NCBI GenBank assembly: GCA_025929585.1
Contig: JAICPY010000001.1
Location: forward strand, 29,802-93,801
Reading direction: 5' to 3'
Origin: Steroidobacter sp.
GTDB lineage: Bacteria > Pseudomonadota > Gammaproteobacteria > Steroidobacterales > Steroidobacteraceae
DNA: 64,000 nt
This document shows, one piece after another, positions 18,801 through 26,586 of the stretch. Both the position numbers and the translations under genes were made by a program. A model generated the notes under the pieces. It was not told the DNA's origin. It made no database searches and saw only the letters and a program-made list of their open reading frames with translations. Positions within the stretch are counted from its first letter, which is position 1, and each line of letters begins with the position of its first letter.

Positions 18801-19644
18801 TCTGTTCGCGCGTTACTTCGACATCCAAAGCGATGTTGCGGAACGAAAACGGTGGCTGCTCGAGCCAGGGTTCAAGTGCAAACGTCGGTGAAGAGAGCTT
18901 GCCTACGATTCGCCAGCCTTGAAGGTCACGCGTGAACAAACCCTCTGCGCTAATCGGGCTGGGCTCGCGAATATCGGCAGAGATCGTCATTCGTTCGATG
19001 TCCCCGCCCAATTTTGCCCCCAGCGTGACCATCAAATCGGGCTGCAGCAACACGCTGCCTTCGGTGTTCAGCTCGATCTTCAGCGGACGTGCCGCAACCA
19101 GCGTGAGGTTTCCACCGGCATCGAAGCGGTCCGCATCGACGTTGAACCCGTTCACCCGCAATCGATGATGCGAAATGTTGATGGCACCTTCGATGCGATG
19201 CGCCTCGATCGTGCGTCCATCCAGATGCTCATAGCGCACTCGATCCAACTGAGCGTTCGCAATGGCGATACGCAAGAAAGAGGGAAGAAACCGAGGAGGG
19301 CGATCGGGTGGCGGCATGTCGGCATCGCGCACTTGGACTTCCACATTGCTTGCTGAAAACGATCTAGCGGAGAGCGTCTGTACCAGCAGAGCTCGCAGCT
19401 TCGGCTCGATGCGGATGTCGTGTGCGACAACGTGCACGCGCGGGTGGTTGAGCTCGAAGCGTTCGACGAAGACGTGTTCGGAGAATTGACCTGAGAGCCC
19501 CTCGATGAGGATTCCCGATTTCTCGAACCGATAAAGCTGACCCGCAACGAGCGAGACTCCGAGTGGCGTGTAAATGAACACCGCCAGTATCGCCACCGGC
19601 ACGAGCAGTATCAGCGCGACGATGACGAGGAGGCTTTTACGCAT
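15892..19644 (-). CDS. tamB: Translocation and assembly module TamB
   Basis: 1250 aa, N-terminal membrane anchor, beta-taco repeats, C-terminal DUF490-like end (LGKFLSPRLFISYG); TAATG overlap with tamA. Confidence 0.9.
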   Translation of the reverse strand: MRKSLLVIVALILLVPVAILAVFIYTPLGVSLVAGQLYRFEKSGILIEGLSGQFSEHVFVERFELNHPRVHVVAHDIRIEPKLRALLVQTLSARSFSASNVEVQVRDADMPPPDRPPRFLPSFLRIAIANAQLDRVRYEHLDGRTIEAHRIEGAINISHHRLRVNGFNVDADRFDAGGNLTLVAARPLKIELNTEGSVLLQPDLMVTLGAKLGGDIERMTISADIREPSPISAEGLFTRDLQGWRIVGKLSSPTFALEPWLEQPPFSFRNIALDVEVTREQIHARGNFTIPEYNLSQIGIDARGRFSDRVLYVQDSEFTVPGSPSRVHANGTLTFAGGPPNLELATRWTDLQWPLRQDAVIYSRVGQATLRGTLPYTFDMNAQIDGPDIPNAVGVAQGVLSKEDVVLHSYDLNTLEGSIAGSGRIEFEQPRIWSLTANAKQINPVELHASLPGRITFNAIGAGKGIDKNADFRVAAHNLHGTLREQTVRGSGEIERSARRWQVRDAELEWGAARLALDAKLHDTIELTWSLNTPALDKLIPNASGSIDFSGSAQGKRDTPRVTAHLAGERLSYREWSAQSLAIEGDVDSSNAQPSRLTVSARRAGYGARLAESVDASGHGTALDHRIGVNVVGMSEDASAAPRARLEVSGKLEEEVWTASIATTQFSRGNPPQEVKIAEPASATLSRERAMLDNFCLVIAAGRLCAEGRWQRDGSWEAEVSGYEIPLATVLPESEEDVEYAGRIEGSARFFGSDSAVWQGEAGMKISDAAIIYRPQGSEPETLNLGTGGMHLVAKPEQIDFSFGVQAFTDTYLHTNAQLTRSGEANVLRLPLRGEIRARAADANLLPLLFPEVDHAAGVLSGSANIGGTLSQPEIDGRIELANGELDSYRANFALRDLDLIAEIASNRLEFRGNGNAGEGRLEVTGDLRWNNAEPRGRMQLRGTDLLVADLPEYRIVASPDLQFEIDATQVRVQGDVTIPSALVQPAKLSGAVGPSNDARYVGEHAAEQEGRLKVHSEVRVHMGEDVRVDAFGLHGRIEGAVTTNVRTGEVTTGHGELRVAEGRYEAYGQELEINRGQLIFDNAPLDDPGLDIEARRRVETVTVGLNVRGTLQAPRLTFFSDPSMPQTQIVSYLLIGKPLNATAAADSENMTAASDTLALQGGGFLASQLGRRLGLEEVGVENYINSAGEANPSLVLGKFLSPRLFISYGISLTESINTLKLRYTISDRWILRTESGEAQSADLEYMIER

Positions 19645-21464
19645 TAAAACTGCGTGGATATATACAAGTGAAACCGCGGACTGCGACCCGACTGCGACAG
19701 CGCCTGCGCGACGTCTACACCGAAGCTCGCGACCGCGATGCGGTAGCGCGCACCGATGCCAACGGAGTATTCCAATCCGGGGTCCGAGAAATCATCGAAC
19801 GCGTTGCCGATGTCGTAGAACACCGCAGCGCCGAAGTTGCGGGGCAGGTCACGGACCAACTCCACTGTCCCGGTTGCCAGATGCCGGCCGCCCACCGTCC
19901 TGCGTTGGATCTCGCCTTCGGCGTTTCTTTGCTCGACCACTGGGGACAACTCGTTCAAGCCGAAACCGCGAACGCTACGCTCGCCGCCTGCGAAGAATCG
20001 CTGCGATGCTGGCAATTCCGAGAAATCGGCCACTCGGCTCGCACCTAGCTCGGTGCGAAGGTGCAGATGCCAGCGCTCTGCGAAGTCGAATACTCTCTCG
20101 CCTTGAATGCGTAGCTGCAAGAACGACGCGTCGGATCCCAGAGTGCTTGGCGAGCCGCGCAACTCCGCATAGAAGTACCAAGGTCGAATGCGATCCCCGA
20201 CGATATAGCTGGGCAGGGTGGAATAACTGATTCCGGGGATCAGATAAAAATCTTCTTTCGTAATCGACTCGACGGGTGCGATCCCAGTAACTGGGTCGAG
20301 AGCCGCAGGCTCGGTGGTCGTCTCGTTCGACAACCGCAGGAACAAAACACGCTGCCAACGTCCCATCACCTCGGTCAGCGCGGAACCGATCTCCTGACGT
20401 TCGCTGAAGGTATCGCCGAGCTCTTCGTCCGCGAGCGTCGCCGTGAACTCCAACTTCTCCAACGCAACATCCATTACCGGGATGACGTAACGTCCCGAGA
20501 GTTGTTTGATCACTGAGGATCCGAGCAATTCGACTTTGGCACGATGCCCGTTTTTGTTGACGCGGCGATCGTCCCAAGTGAAGCGTCCGCGGACCTTCGT
20601 GTCGGTGCCGTAGCCCAAACTCGTCGCGAAACGATGGCGCCGATTGGCGCGCGCCGTAACCGTGATCGGTACAGTGCGATTCTCGCGGTCGAGCTCGCCG
20701 CTTTCGATGTCGACGCCTGAGAAGTACAAGCTGTCATCCAAAACGTATTGCGTGCGAAGCAGCGAATCCAATGTGTAGGGATCGCCCGTTTCCATTCGCA
20801 GCATCCGGCGCATCGCCGCATCGTTGATTACATCTTGCGCGATCGTGATCTCGCCGTAGTGATATCGCTCGCCAGTTTGCAGCTCGATCATCGCCGTCGC
20901 ACGCCGCTCGACACGATCGATCAGCAGGTCGCTTCTTGTCAGCTGTGCATCCAGATATCCGGCATTCTTCGCCGCACGCAGCAGCTCGCCTTTGACGCGT
21001 TCGTACGTGCCGTGATTCAAACGAAGCCCCGGCTTGAGAACCTGAGCATCGATGATCTCGTTCAACGCGCGCAGATCCTTGCCCGGACCTTCGATATCGA
21101 TCTGCACTTCGGACAACCGCACCGGTCGGCCCGGCCGCACGTTCACTGTGGCGTGCCAGCCATTGTCACGAGGCGTCACGTCGTAGGTGACTTCCGGTTC
21201 GTAGTAACCCAGAGGCTGCAATGCTTCGCGCACCTCTCCTACGATGCGCCGCTGCAATCGCGACATCGTCTCCGGCGTGACGTCATCGCGCTCCGCGTAA
21301 CGCGTCAAACTCAAATACGCGCGAACATTCGCTTCGAGCTGTGGTGTCAGCCCGGGCACCTCGATTTCGATGCCAGCGCGCGCGACCGAGCAGAGCGCGA
21401 AGGAGATCCAGAGTGCCAGCGAGGTGTGTAGCACAAAACGTCGAGGTCGAATCCGACGCAACAA
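19644..21464 (-). CDS. tamA: TamA, Omp85-family outer-membrane protein
   Basis: POTRA-like N-terminus, FFAGGERSVRGF lid-lock motif, C-terminal Phe. Start uncertain (TTG at 21464 or 21461); the ORF-track extension to 21722 runs through a palindromic element and is unlikely to be coding. Confidence 0.88.
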   Translation of the reverse strand: MLRRIRPRRFVLHTSLALWISFALCSVARAGIEIEVPGLTPQLEANVRAYLSLTRYAERDDVTPETMSRLQRRIVGEVREALQPLGYYEPEVTYDVTPRDNGWHATVNVRPGRPVRLSEVQIDIEGPGKDLRALNEIIDAQVLKPGLRLNHGTYERVKGELLRAAKNAGYLDAQLTRSDLLIDRVERRATAMIELQTGERYHYGEITIAQDVINDAAMRRMLRMETGDPYTLDSLLRTQYVLDDSLYFSGVDIESGELDRENRTVPITVTARANRRHRFATSLGYGTDTKVRGRFTWDDRRVNKNGHRAKVELLGSSVIKQLSGRYVIPVMDVALEKLEFTATLADEELGDTFSERQEIGSALTEVMGRWQRVLFLRLSNETTTEPAALDPVTGIAPVESITKEDFYLIPGISYSTLPSYIVGDRIRPWYFYAELRGSPSTLGSDASFLQLRIQGERVFDFAERWHLHLRTELGASRVADFSELPASQRFFAGGERSVRGFGLNELSPVVEQRNAEGEIQRRTVGGRHLATGTVELVRDLPRNFGAAVFYDIGNAFDDFSDPGLEYSVGIGARYRIAVASFGVDVAQALSQSGRSPRFHLYISTQF

Positions 21465-21652
21465 AGATCTCTCGCAGCGGCGTGGCGGCGCAGCGGATTC
21501 GATAGAAGCTAATGCGGGGTAGCCTCCTTCTTCGCATGTCTCAGTCTTCTTAGTTGACTTCCTATCGTCAAAGACCGTTCTACCAAAAACGCGACGCAGG
21601 CTAACGGAATCACTGTCTCCCGCCGCGCCGCCGCGCCGCTGCGAGAAATCTT
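21464..21652. repeat. 189-bp palindromic element with 33-bp imperfect terminal inverted repeats
   Basis: 21464-21496 versus the reverse complement of 21620-21652 match at 30/33; nested inner stems (GATTC/GAATC, TAGCCT/AGGCTA, TTGAC/GTCAA). Confidence 0.75.
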
Positions 21653-21728
21653 GAGCGCGCTTGGCGAGACCCACCAGGAGTGGATCGCGGTCTGGCGCTG
21701 GTGGGCGAGCCGCGCGCCGCAAGCTGGG

Positions 21729-22577
21729 TTACTCCGGAGAGGAGTCGAACGACGTGTCGGTCGCAACCGTTTCGTCAGGATCCTCGGCCTCGAACCAGAC
21801 TTCCGGTACCTCGGTACTGGTGAACTCAAAGCGCGACGTGCCGGTTTGCACGCCTGCCGAATCGAATCGACGCTCCTGAAGCACGGTGCGTCCATTGCGT
21901 TCGACTAAGAGCACGCCCGAGCAGCGCGTCCCATAGCGTTCGTTCAGAATGAATGGCGCCGAGACGATGCGCTCCCATTCTTCCGGCAATCCGGTCGACG
22001 GCAATTGGTCCACGGGTGCTTGCTCTCGATCGCCAAGCATCGCGAACAACGATTCCGCAGACATCTCGCTTTCGCGCAGTAGGGACTCGAATCGCTCACG
22101 TGTTCGCTTGAGCTTCGGCCAGGGTGTATCCAATTCGTGGTTGCTCAACCCATAGATTCCTGGCGGCAAGTTCCGCGGCACATTCGGGCCGCGATTAGAA
22201 AAATAGTACAAAGCGCGCGACCCACCGACGAGCAAGTTGAAGCCTGAATACCGTGGGGCGGCCCCTCGCAGATCGTCGAGAAATTCCTTCGGCGAAGTCG
22301 CACCGGTCAAGAACCGGGGCACGAGATTGCCGCGCGAAGGGGCACCCTCGACAGGTGCTTGCAGATCTCGGTAGTTCGTAACGATGCCAAATCGTCCCGA
22401 GCGGGCGACGCCCAACCATGTTCCTCCCGCCTTCAAGTCTCGGCCCGCGAGGATGCGCGCATCGTCTTGCCACCAACCCAGGGGCGCGGCGGGACGGTCA
22501 TGGAACTCGTCGCGATTGCCGGCGAGAATCATTCGATAGCGCGGATGGGATTTCCAGGCAAGGACGAGAAGGCACAT
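21729..22577 (-). CDS. NRDE/TANGO2 family protein
   Basis: MCLL N-terminus, NRDE motif (GNRDEF), GGTWLG, YGTRCS. Confidence 0.93.
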   Translation of the reverse strand: MCLLVLAWKSHPRYRMILAGNRDEFHDRPAAPLGWWQDDARILAGRDLKAGGTWLGVARSGRFGIVTNYRDLQAPVEGAPSRGNLVPRFLTGATSPKEFLDDLRGAAPRYSGFNLLVGGSRALYYFSNRGPNVPRNLPPGIYGLSNHELDTPWPKLKRTRERFESLLRESEMSAESLFAMLGDREQAPVDQLPSTGLPEEWERIVSAPFILNERYGTRCSGVLLVERNGRTVLQERRFDSAGVQTGTSRFEFTSTEVPEVWFEAEDPDETVATDTSFDSSPE

Positions 22578-22591
22578 GATCTAGGAGTGAA

Positions 22592-22722
22592 GGCAATAGG
22601 GAATAGGGGAAAGGGGATGGTCAGAGAAGAATGAGATCTCGAGGCTGAACGGAACGTGAGCAGCAAGGTGAATCCTCGAGAGTCTGACGACCCGCGAGTC
22701 ACTAGTCACGAGCCGCGATCCT
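22592..22722. repeat. Array pair with non-matching arms
   Basis: GG(G/C)(A/G)A(T/A)A x4 then GTCAGA; TCTGAC then GACCCGC/GAGTCAC-type units. Confidence 0.75.
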
Positions 22723-23680
22723 ATCTCTTCGGCGCGCGCCACAGCTTCACTCCGGGCTCCTCGCGCAGCGGCACACGAGCCCCTTCGTTGTACCAATCCT
22801 CGATCAGCCGGAACGAAATCGAATGGGTGATGGGCAGTGCGACATTGCCGGCGGCAATCTGTTCGCGCGTCAACCAGCGTGCGTCTTCGAGCTCCGCATC
22901 GGCGAGTGTGATCTCGACGCTGCTCGCACGAGCGGTAAAGCCCAACATCAGCGACGAGGGGAACGGCCACGGCTGAGAGGAGTGATAGTCGACAAAGTCG
23001 ACATCAACCCCGGTTTCTTCCGCAACTTCTCGAATAACGGCGTCTTCGAGACTTTCACCCGGCTCGACGAACCCCGCAATCGTCGAATATCTACCCGCCG
23101 GCCAACTAGCCTGTCGGCCCAGAAGCACTCGCTCGCCATCCGTGATCAACACGATGATTGCCGGATCGATGCGCGGAAACACCTGTTCACCGCAGACTGG
23201 ATTGGTACATTGGCGAACGTGACCGCCTTGCATGGCGCGCGTGGGCGTGCCGCATCGGCCGCAGAATCGGTGCCGATCCCGCCAATGAAGCATGGCGCGC
23301 GCATAGGCAAGAAGCCCGGCTTCCTCTGTCGGAAGTTCCCCAGCGATGCCGCGCAAGTCATGCGCTTCCACGGCTTCCTCGAAGCCAGGCAGCTCGGGTG
23401 TGGTGAATGCCACCGCAAAGCAGGTGTGTCGATGGAATTCGCCCAACAGCACGACTTCCTCGGCTTCAACTGGCATGAATCTGCGCACGTCCGAGACCAA
23501 CAGGGCTTGCAGCGACTCGCCCACATTTCTCACGAGGCTCTGATTACGCCATACCGGTACGAATAGCGTATTCGGATCCTCCAACGCTGTCCGCCACAAG
23601 GCCTCGTCTTTGCGCCAGTGCGCTAAACGATCGATGTAGTTCCCGGCGAGCAGATTTCCATGCGAGCGGAGCCTTGTCAT
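22721..23680 (-). CDS. nudC: NAD(+)/NADH diphosphatase
   Basis: Zinc finger (FCGRCG...CTNPVC), FPRIDPAIIV, Nudix box GFVEPGESLEDAVIREVAEETG, SQPWPFPSSLM. Confidence 0.96.
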   Translation of the reverse strand: MTRLRSHGNLLAGNYIDRLAHWRKDEALWRTALEDPNTLFVPVWRNQSLVRNVGESLQALLVSDVRRFMPVEAEEVVLLGEFHRHTCFAVAFTTPELPGFEEAVEAHDLRGIAGELPTEEAGLLAYARAMLHWRDRHRFCGRCGTPTRAMQGGHVRQCTNPVCGEQVFPRIDPAIIVLITDGERVLLGRQASWPAGRYSTIAGFVEPGESLEDAVIREVAEETGVDVDFVDYHSSQPWPFPSSLMLGFTARASSVEITLADAELEDARWLTREQIAAGNVALPITHSISFRLIEDWYNEGARVPLREEPGVKLWRAPKR

Positions 23681-23711
23681 GCCCGCAGTTTAGGGCCTGC
23701 ACACACATATT

Positions 23712-24362
23712 TCATGAGCAGGTCCCAACTACGGGAATGGGTGAGTGCATCCGAATCTCTCTGACACGACTCAGCGTCGAGCGGCGAGGGGCGTTTTTGG
23801 TTTGGCGGCGGCGGCCTATTTTACCCGCAGCCACACTCTTCAGATGGCAGGCGGGGCAAGGCCGCTGCAGCACGGTGCTGCGGTCGTACAAAAAGTGACC
23901 TTCGCATTGCCGACAGCGCAAGGTGCGCAAGCCGGTCTTGCGACACAAAATATGTAACAAGAACCACGCGTGTTCGAAGGTCAATACGCTAGGCCGTAGA
24001 AGCTGGATGTGGGTCTCGTACGCATCGCAGAACCGATCGCCGTAATGAATGGACCCGGGCGTCGTCGCTGCGCCGTCGAGCAAACCTAGTGCCGCGAACA
24101 CGCTCGCGAGTAAGGAAGCCTCGAATTGCACCTTGGCGTTGCGCGTAAAGAACGACACTTGCCTAGGCGACTTGCCCCGATGGCGGCGCATCGGAATCGC
24201 GGGCATGTGGCTGGCATATGTTTGATACAACCGCCGGATGCGATCGTCCGTCAGGCCAGTGCACGCCCGGATCGTGCAGGTGCGCGCCTCGTGGCGAATC
24301 ATTCGCAGCGCTAAGTCGTGGCGCTGGCGATCGTCGAAATAGCGTTCGTTGCTGATGTGCAT
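23712..24362 (-). CDS. FlhC-like transcriptional activator
   Basis: LALRMIRHEAR...TGLTDDRIRRLY, AYETH, FEHAWFLL and C4 zinc site CRQC...CPAC align by eye with FlhC; RBS AAGGAG. Confidence 0.75.
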   Translation of the reverse strand: MHISNERYFDDRQRHDLALRMIRHEARTCTIRACTGLTDDRIRRLYQTYASHMPAIPMRRHRGKSPRQVSFFTRNAKVQFEASLLASVFAALGLLDGAATTPGSIHYGDRFCDAYETHIQLLRPSVLTFEHAWFLLHILCRKTGLRTLRCRQCEGHFLYDRSTVLQRPCPACHLKSVAAGKIGRRRQTKNAPRRSTLSRVREIRMHSPIPVVGTCS

Positions 24363-24561
24363 GGACTACTCCTTGTCCGTTGTGGTTGGTCCGTTGTGGC
24401 CCTGTCTGTTGTAATTTGGCTGCCGTGCTCACGCGCTCCGTGCGTGGGATTCGAAGCTCGTTCCGAAGGACCGAGCGCCGAAGCGCAGTGTGCTGGAAAT
24501 TGACGGCGGCGTGAAGCCCCGGATAAGCTCACCGGGCGTTATCGTTGCAAGGAAGCAGCTC

Positions 24562-25272
24562 ATGACCAGCAGAATCACGGACGATTCTCGTCCCTCGCTC
24601 GCGCCCGTTCTTCGCCTCGACCTGCTCGATTGTCTACATGGCTTGAATGCAGACTATCTCGAGCTATTGGCGGCAGAGTACAAGTTCGGTACTTGTGCGG
24701 CCCAACTCCAATATTTTCCGCAGAGATTACACGCCACTATCGCCAGCTTGACCGGAGAGGAGCGGTTGCGTATCGCGCGTACGCCGTATTCGCTCTTCTC
24801 GTTGCGCTTCGTTGATGTGCGATTCTGGAGCACAGTTTGCCGCCCGACCAACGTGCCACTGGATGTGCGCTATTCGCCTCGCTGCAGCCATTCGTTGGAA
24901 GGGCCATTCTGTGAGATGGCATTGATCCAGGCGTGGCAAACCGCGCGAGCATTCCCCTTGGCAGCGCGGCTGATGTACTCGATGGGCGAGCAGGTTCGCG
25001 ACTGTTTTCAAGCAATGCCGCTGTGGCAGGTCAGGCGTTTGGCAATCGATCATCCCTCGCTCCTGATGCCGCGCTGGCCAACGAACGCCGGATTCTGGCC
25101 CGATTTGCTCGCCTTCTCGCTCAAGAAAGATCTCGCGCGCTTGACCGCGGTGCAACTGTTGGGAACTCAGCTCGTCGCGGCGGAGATCACTCGCGGAAAT
25201 GAGGTTGGCGCGAATGGCCAGAAAGCTTCAGTGAGTCAGGGCAGGCCCTCGGTGAAGGAGTGTGGAGGATGA
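24562..25272 (+). CDS. Protein with two FlhD-like helical repeats
   Basis: LHGLNADYLELLA...LTGEERLRIARTPYSLFSLRF and ALIQAWQTAR...AARLMYSM...MPLWQVRRLA...LLMPRW both resemble FlhD; divergent from the FlhC-like gene; RBS AAGGAAG. Confidence 0.6.
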   Translation: MTSRITDDSRPSLAPVLRLDLLDCLHGLNADYLELLAAEYKFGTCAAQLQYFPQRLHATIASLTGEERLRIARTPYSLFSLRFVDVRFWSTVCRPTNVPLDVRYSPRCSHSLEGPFCEMALIQAWQTARAFPLAARLMYSMGEQVRDCFQAMPLWQVRRLAIDHPSLLMPRWPTNAGFWPDLLAFSLKKDLARLTAVQLLGTQLVAAEITRGNEVGANGQKASVSQGRPSVKECGG

Positions 25273-25302
25273 GACGTGCGGAGGTGCAGAGGGTGGCATG
25301 CG

Positions 25303-26493
25303 CTATTTGTTATGGCGCTGCGAGCTACGCGAGCGCAGTGTGCTTCCGCGTGCGAGTGCGTCCTTGCCGAATTTCGCTCGGATGCCATCAATCGTTGCAT
25401 CCAGATGCCGGTCTCGCTGCGCTTCGGGTGAGGGGAAGAGCTCCAGCTGAGGGAGCAGATTCAAGTCGCGAGCTGCTACTCCCAAGAGCCGAACTGCAGC
25501 ACGCGGCTGTTCCCTGCGCCATTCATCCAGTAATCGAGCTGCGGCATCGGCGATCGGTCGAGTTTGTTGAGTAACGGGCTGAAGACGAGATTGTCGCGTG
25601 TAGGTCTTGAAGTCCTTGCGCCGGATCTTCACGACGATGAGTCCCGCGAGCCATCCTTGCGATCTCAAGCGCGTCGCGGTGCGTTCGGCAAGTCGCATCA
25701 GTTCATCGTGCAATTGCGCCTCGCCGATGATGTCTTCATCGAAGGTTTCTTCGGAGGAGATCTGCTTTTCGTCCCATTCCGCGATCACGGGGCGATCATC
25801 GATTCCCGCGGCGCGCGCTTTGATCTGGCTAACGTAACGACCGAAGACGGGCCGAAGCATGGCATCGGAGGCGGTGCGTAAATCTTTGAGCGTACGGATT
25901 CCGATCCGCTCGAGTTGTGGCGCGGTCTTGTTGCCGATGCCGAACAATTTTCGGATCGTCAGCGGATCGAGCAGCGCGCTGACCTCGGAGGCAGGCACGA
26001 TGACCAAACCATCCGGTTTGCGCAGATCGGAAGCGATCTTCGCGACCAGTTTATTGGGCGCGACGCCCACCGATGCGGTGACGCCGGTGCGCTCGCGAAT
26101 CCGCGCTTTGATGGATCTTGCGATCGACTCCGCGCTGCCCAAGGCTCGTTCGCTTTGCGTGACATCCAAGAACGCCTCGTCCAGCGACAGCCCTTCGACG
26201 ATCGGTGTGAACTCGTGAAAGATCGTAAAGACGATGCTGGATATGGCTTTATAGCGATCGAACCGCGGAGCTACACATACCGCATGCGGACACCGCTGTA
26301 GCGCCTCTCGCATCGGCATCGCCGAATGCACGCCGAAACGCCGCACCTCGTAGCTTGCCGCGGCGACGACACCCCGCCCGCCCAATCCACCGACGATCAA
26401 AGGTTTGCCCTTCAACTCCGGATTGTCGAGCGCCTCGACCGACGCGTAGAAGGCGTCCATGTCGACGTGGAGGATCGAGCGGTTATTCATCAA
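25303..26493 (-). CDS. dinB: DNA polymerase IV (Y family)
   Basis: ILHVDMDAFYASVE, SYEVRRFGVHSAMP, SLDEAFLD, SDLRKPDG. Confidence 0.97.
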   Translation of the reverse strand: MMNNRSILHVDMDAFYASVEALDNPELKGKPLIVGGLGGRGVVAAASYEVRRFGVHSAMPMREALQRCPHAVCVAPRFDRYKAISSIVFTIFHEFTPIVEGLSLDEAFLDVTQSERALGSAESIARSIKARIRERTGVTASVGVAPNKLVAKIASDLRKPDGLVIVPASEVSALLDPLTIRKLFGIGNKTAPQLERIGIRTLKDLRTASDAMLRPVFGRYVSQIKARAAGIDDRPVIAEWDEKQISSEETFDEDIIGEAQLHDELMRLAERTATRLRSQGWLAGLIVVKIRRKDFKTYTRQSRLQPVTQQTRPIADAAARLLDEWRREQPRAAVRLLGVAARDLNLLPQLELFPSPEAQRDRHLDATIDGIRAKFGKDALARGSTLRSRSSQRHNK

Positions 26494-26495
26494 AA

Positions 26496-26585
26496 AGTCA
26501 CGAGTCCACAGTCCGCAGTCTGTAGTCCGTGGCCAGAATCTCGTCCCCTCTTGCTGTGGACTGCAGACTGCGGACTAAGGACTGA
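26496..26585. repeat. Inverted 7-mer array, AGTCCGC type
   Basis: Five AGTC-NNN units at 26496-26530; four CT-NNN-GA units at 26554-26581. Confidence 0.85.
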
Positions 26586-26586
26586 T

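Noticed and set aside
16443-19547. Many 60-250 aa ORFs antisense or out of frame within tamB, and likewise within polA, the RND permease, patatin and the TonB receptor
   Set aside because: Typical shadow ORFs of GC-rich DNA: Arg/Ser-rich, no motifs, fully overlapped by confident genes.
21464-21652. Autonomous IS element upstream of tamA
   Set aside because: Too short for a transposase and no target-site duplication; kept only as a MITE-like or RNA candidate.
23712-26493. FlhDC-like pair plus dinB as a remnant ICE or genomic island
   Set aside because: No integrase, tRNA, att-like direct repeat, relaxase or evident compositional shift; neighbours are housekeeping genes.
26494-26586. LexA (SOS) box upstream of dinB
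   Set aside because: No CTGT-N8-ACAG match; the CTGT/ACAG hits are parts of the AGTCCGC array.
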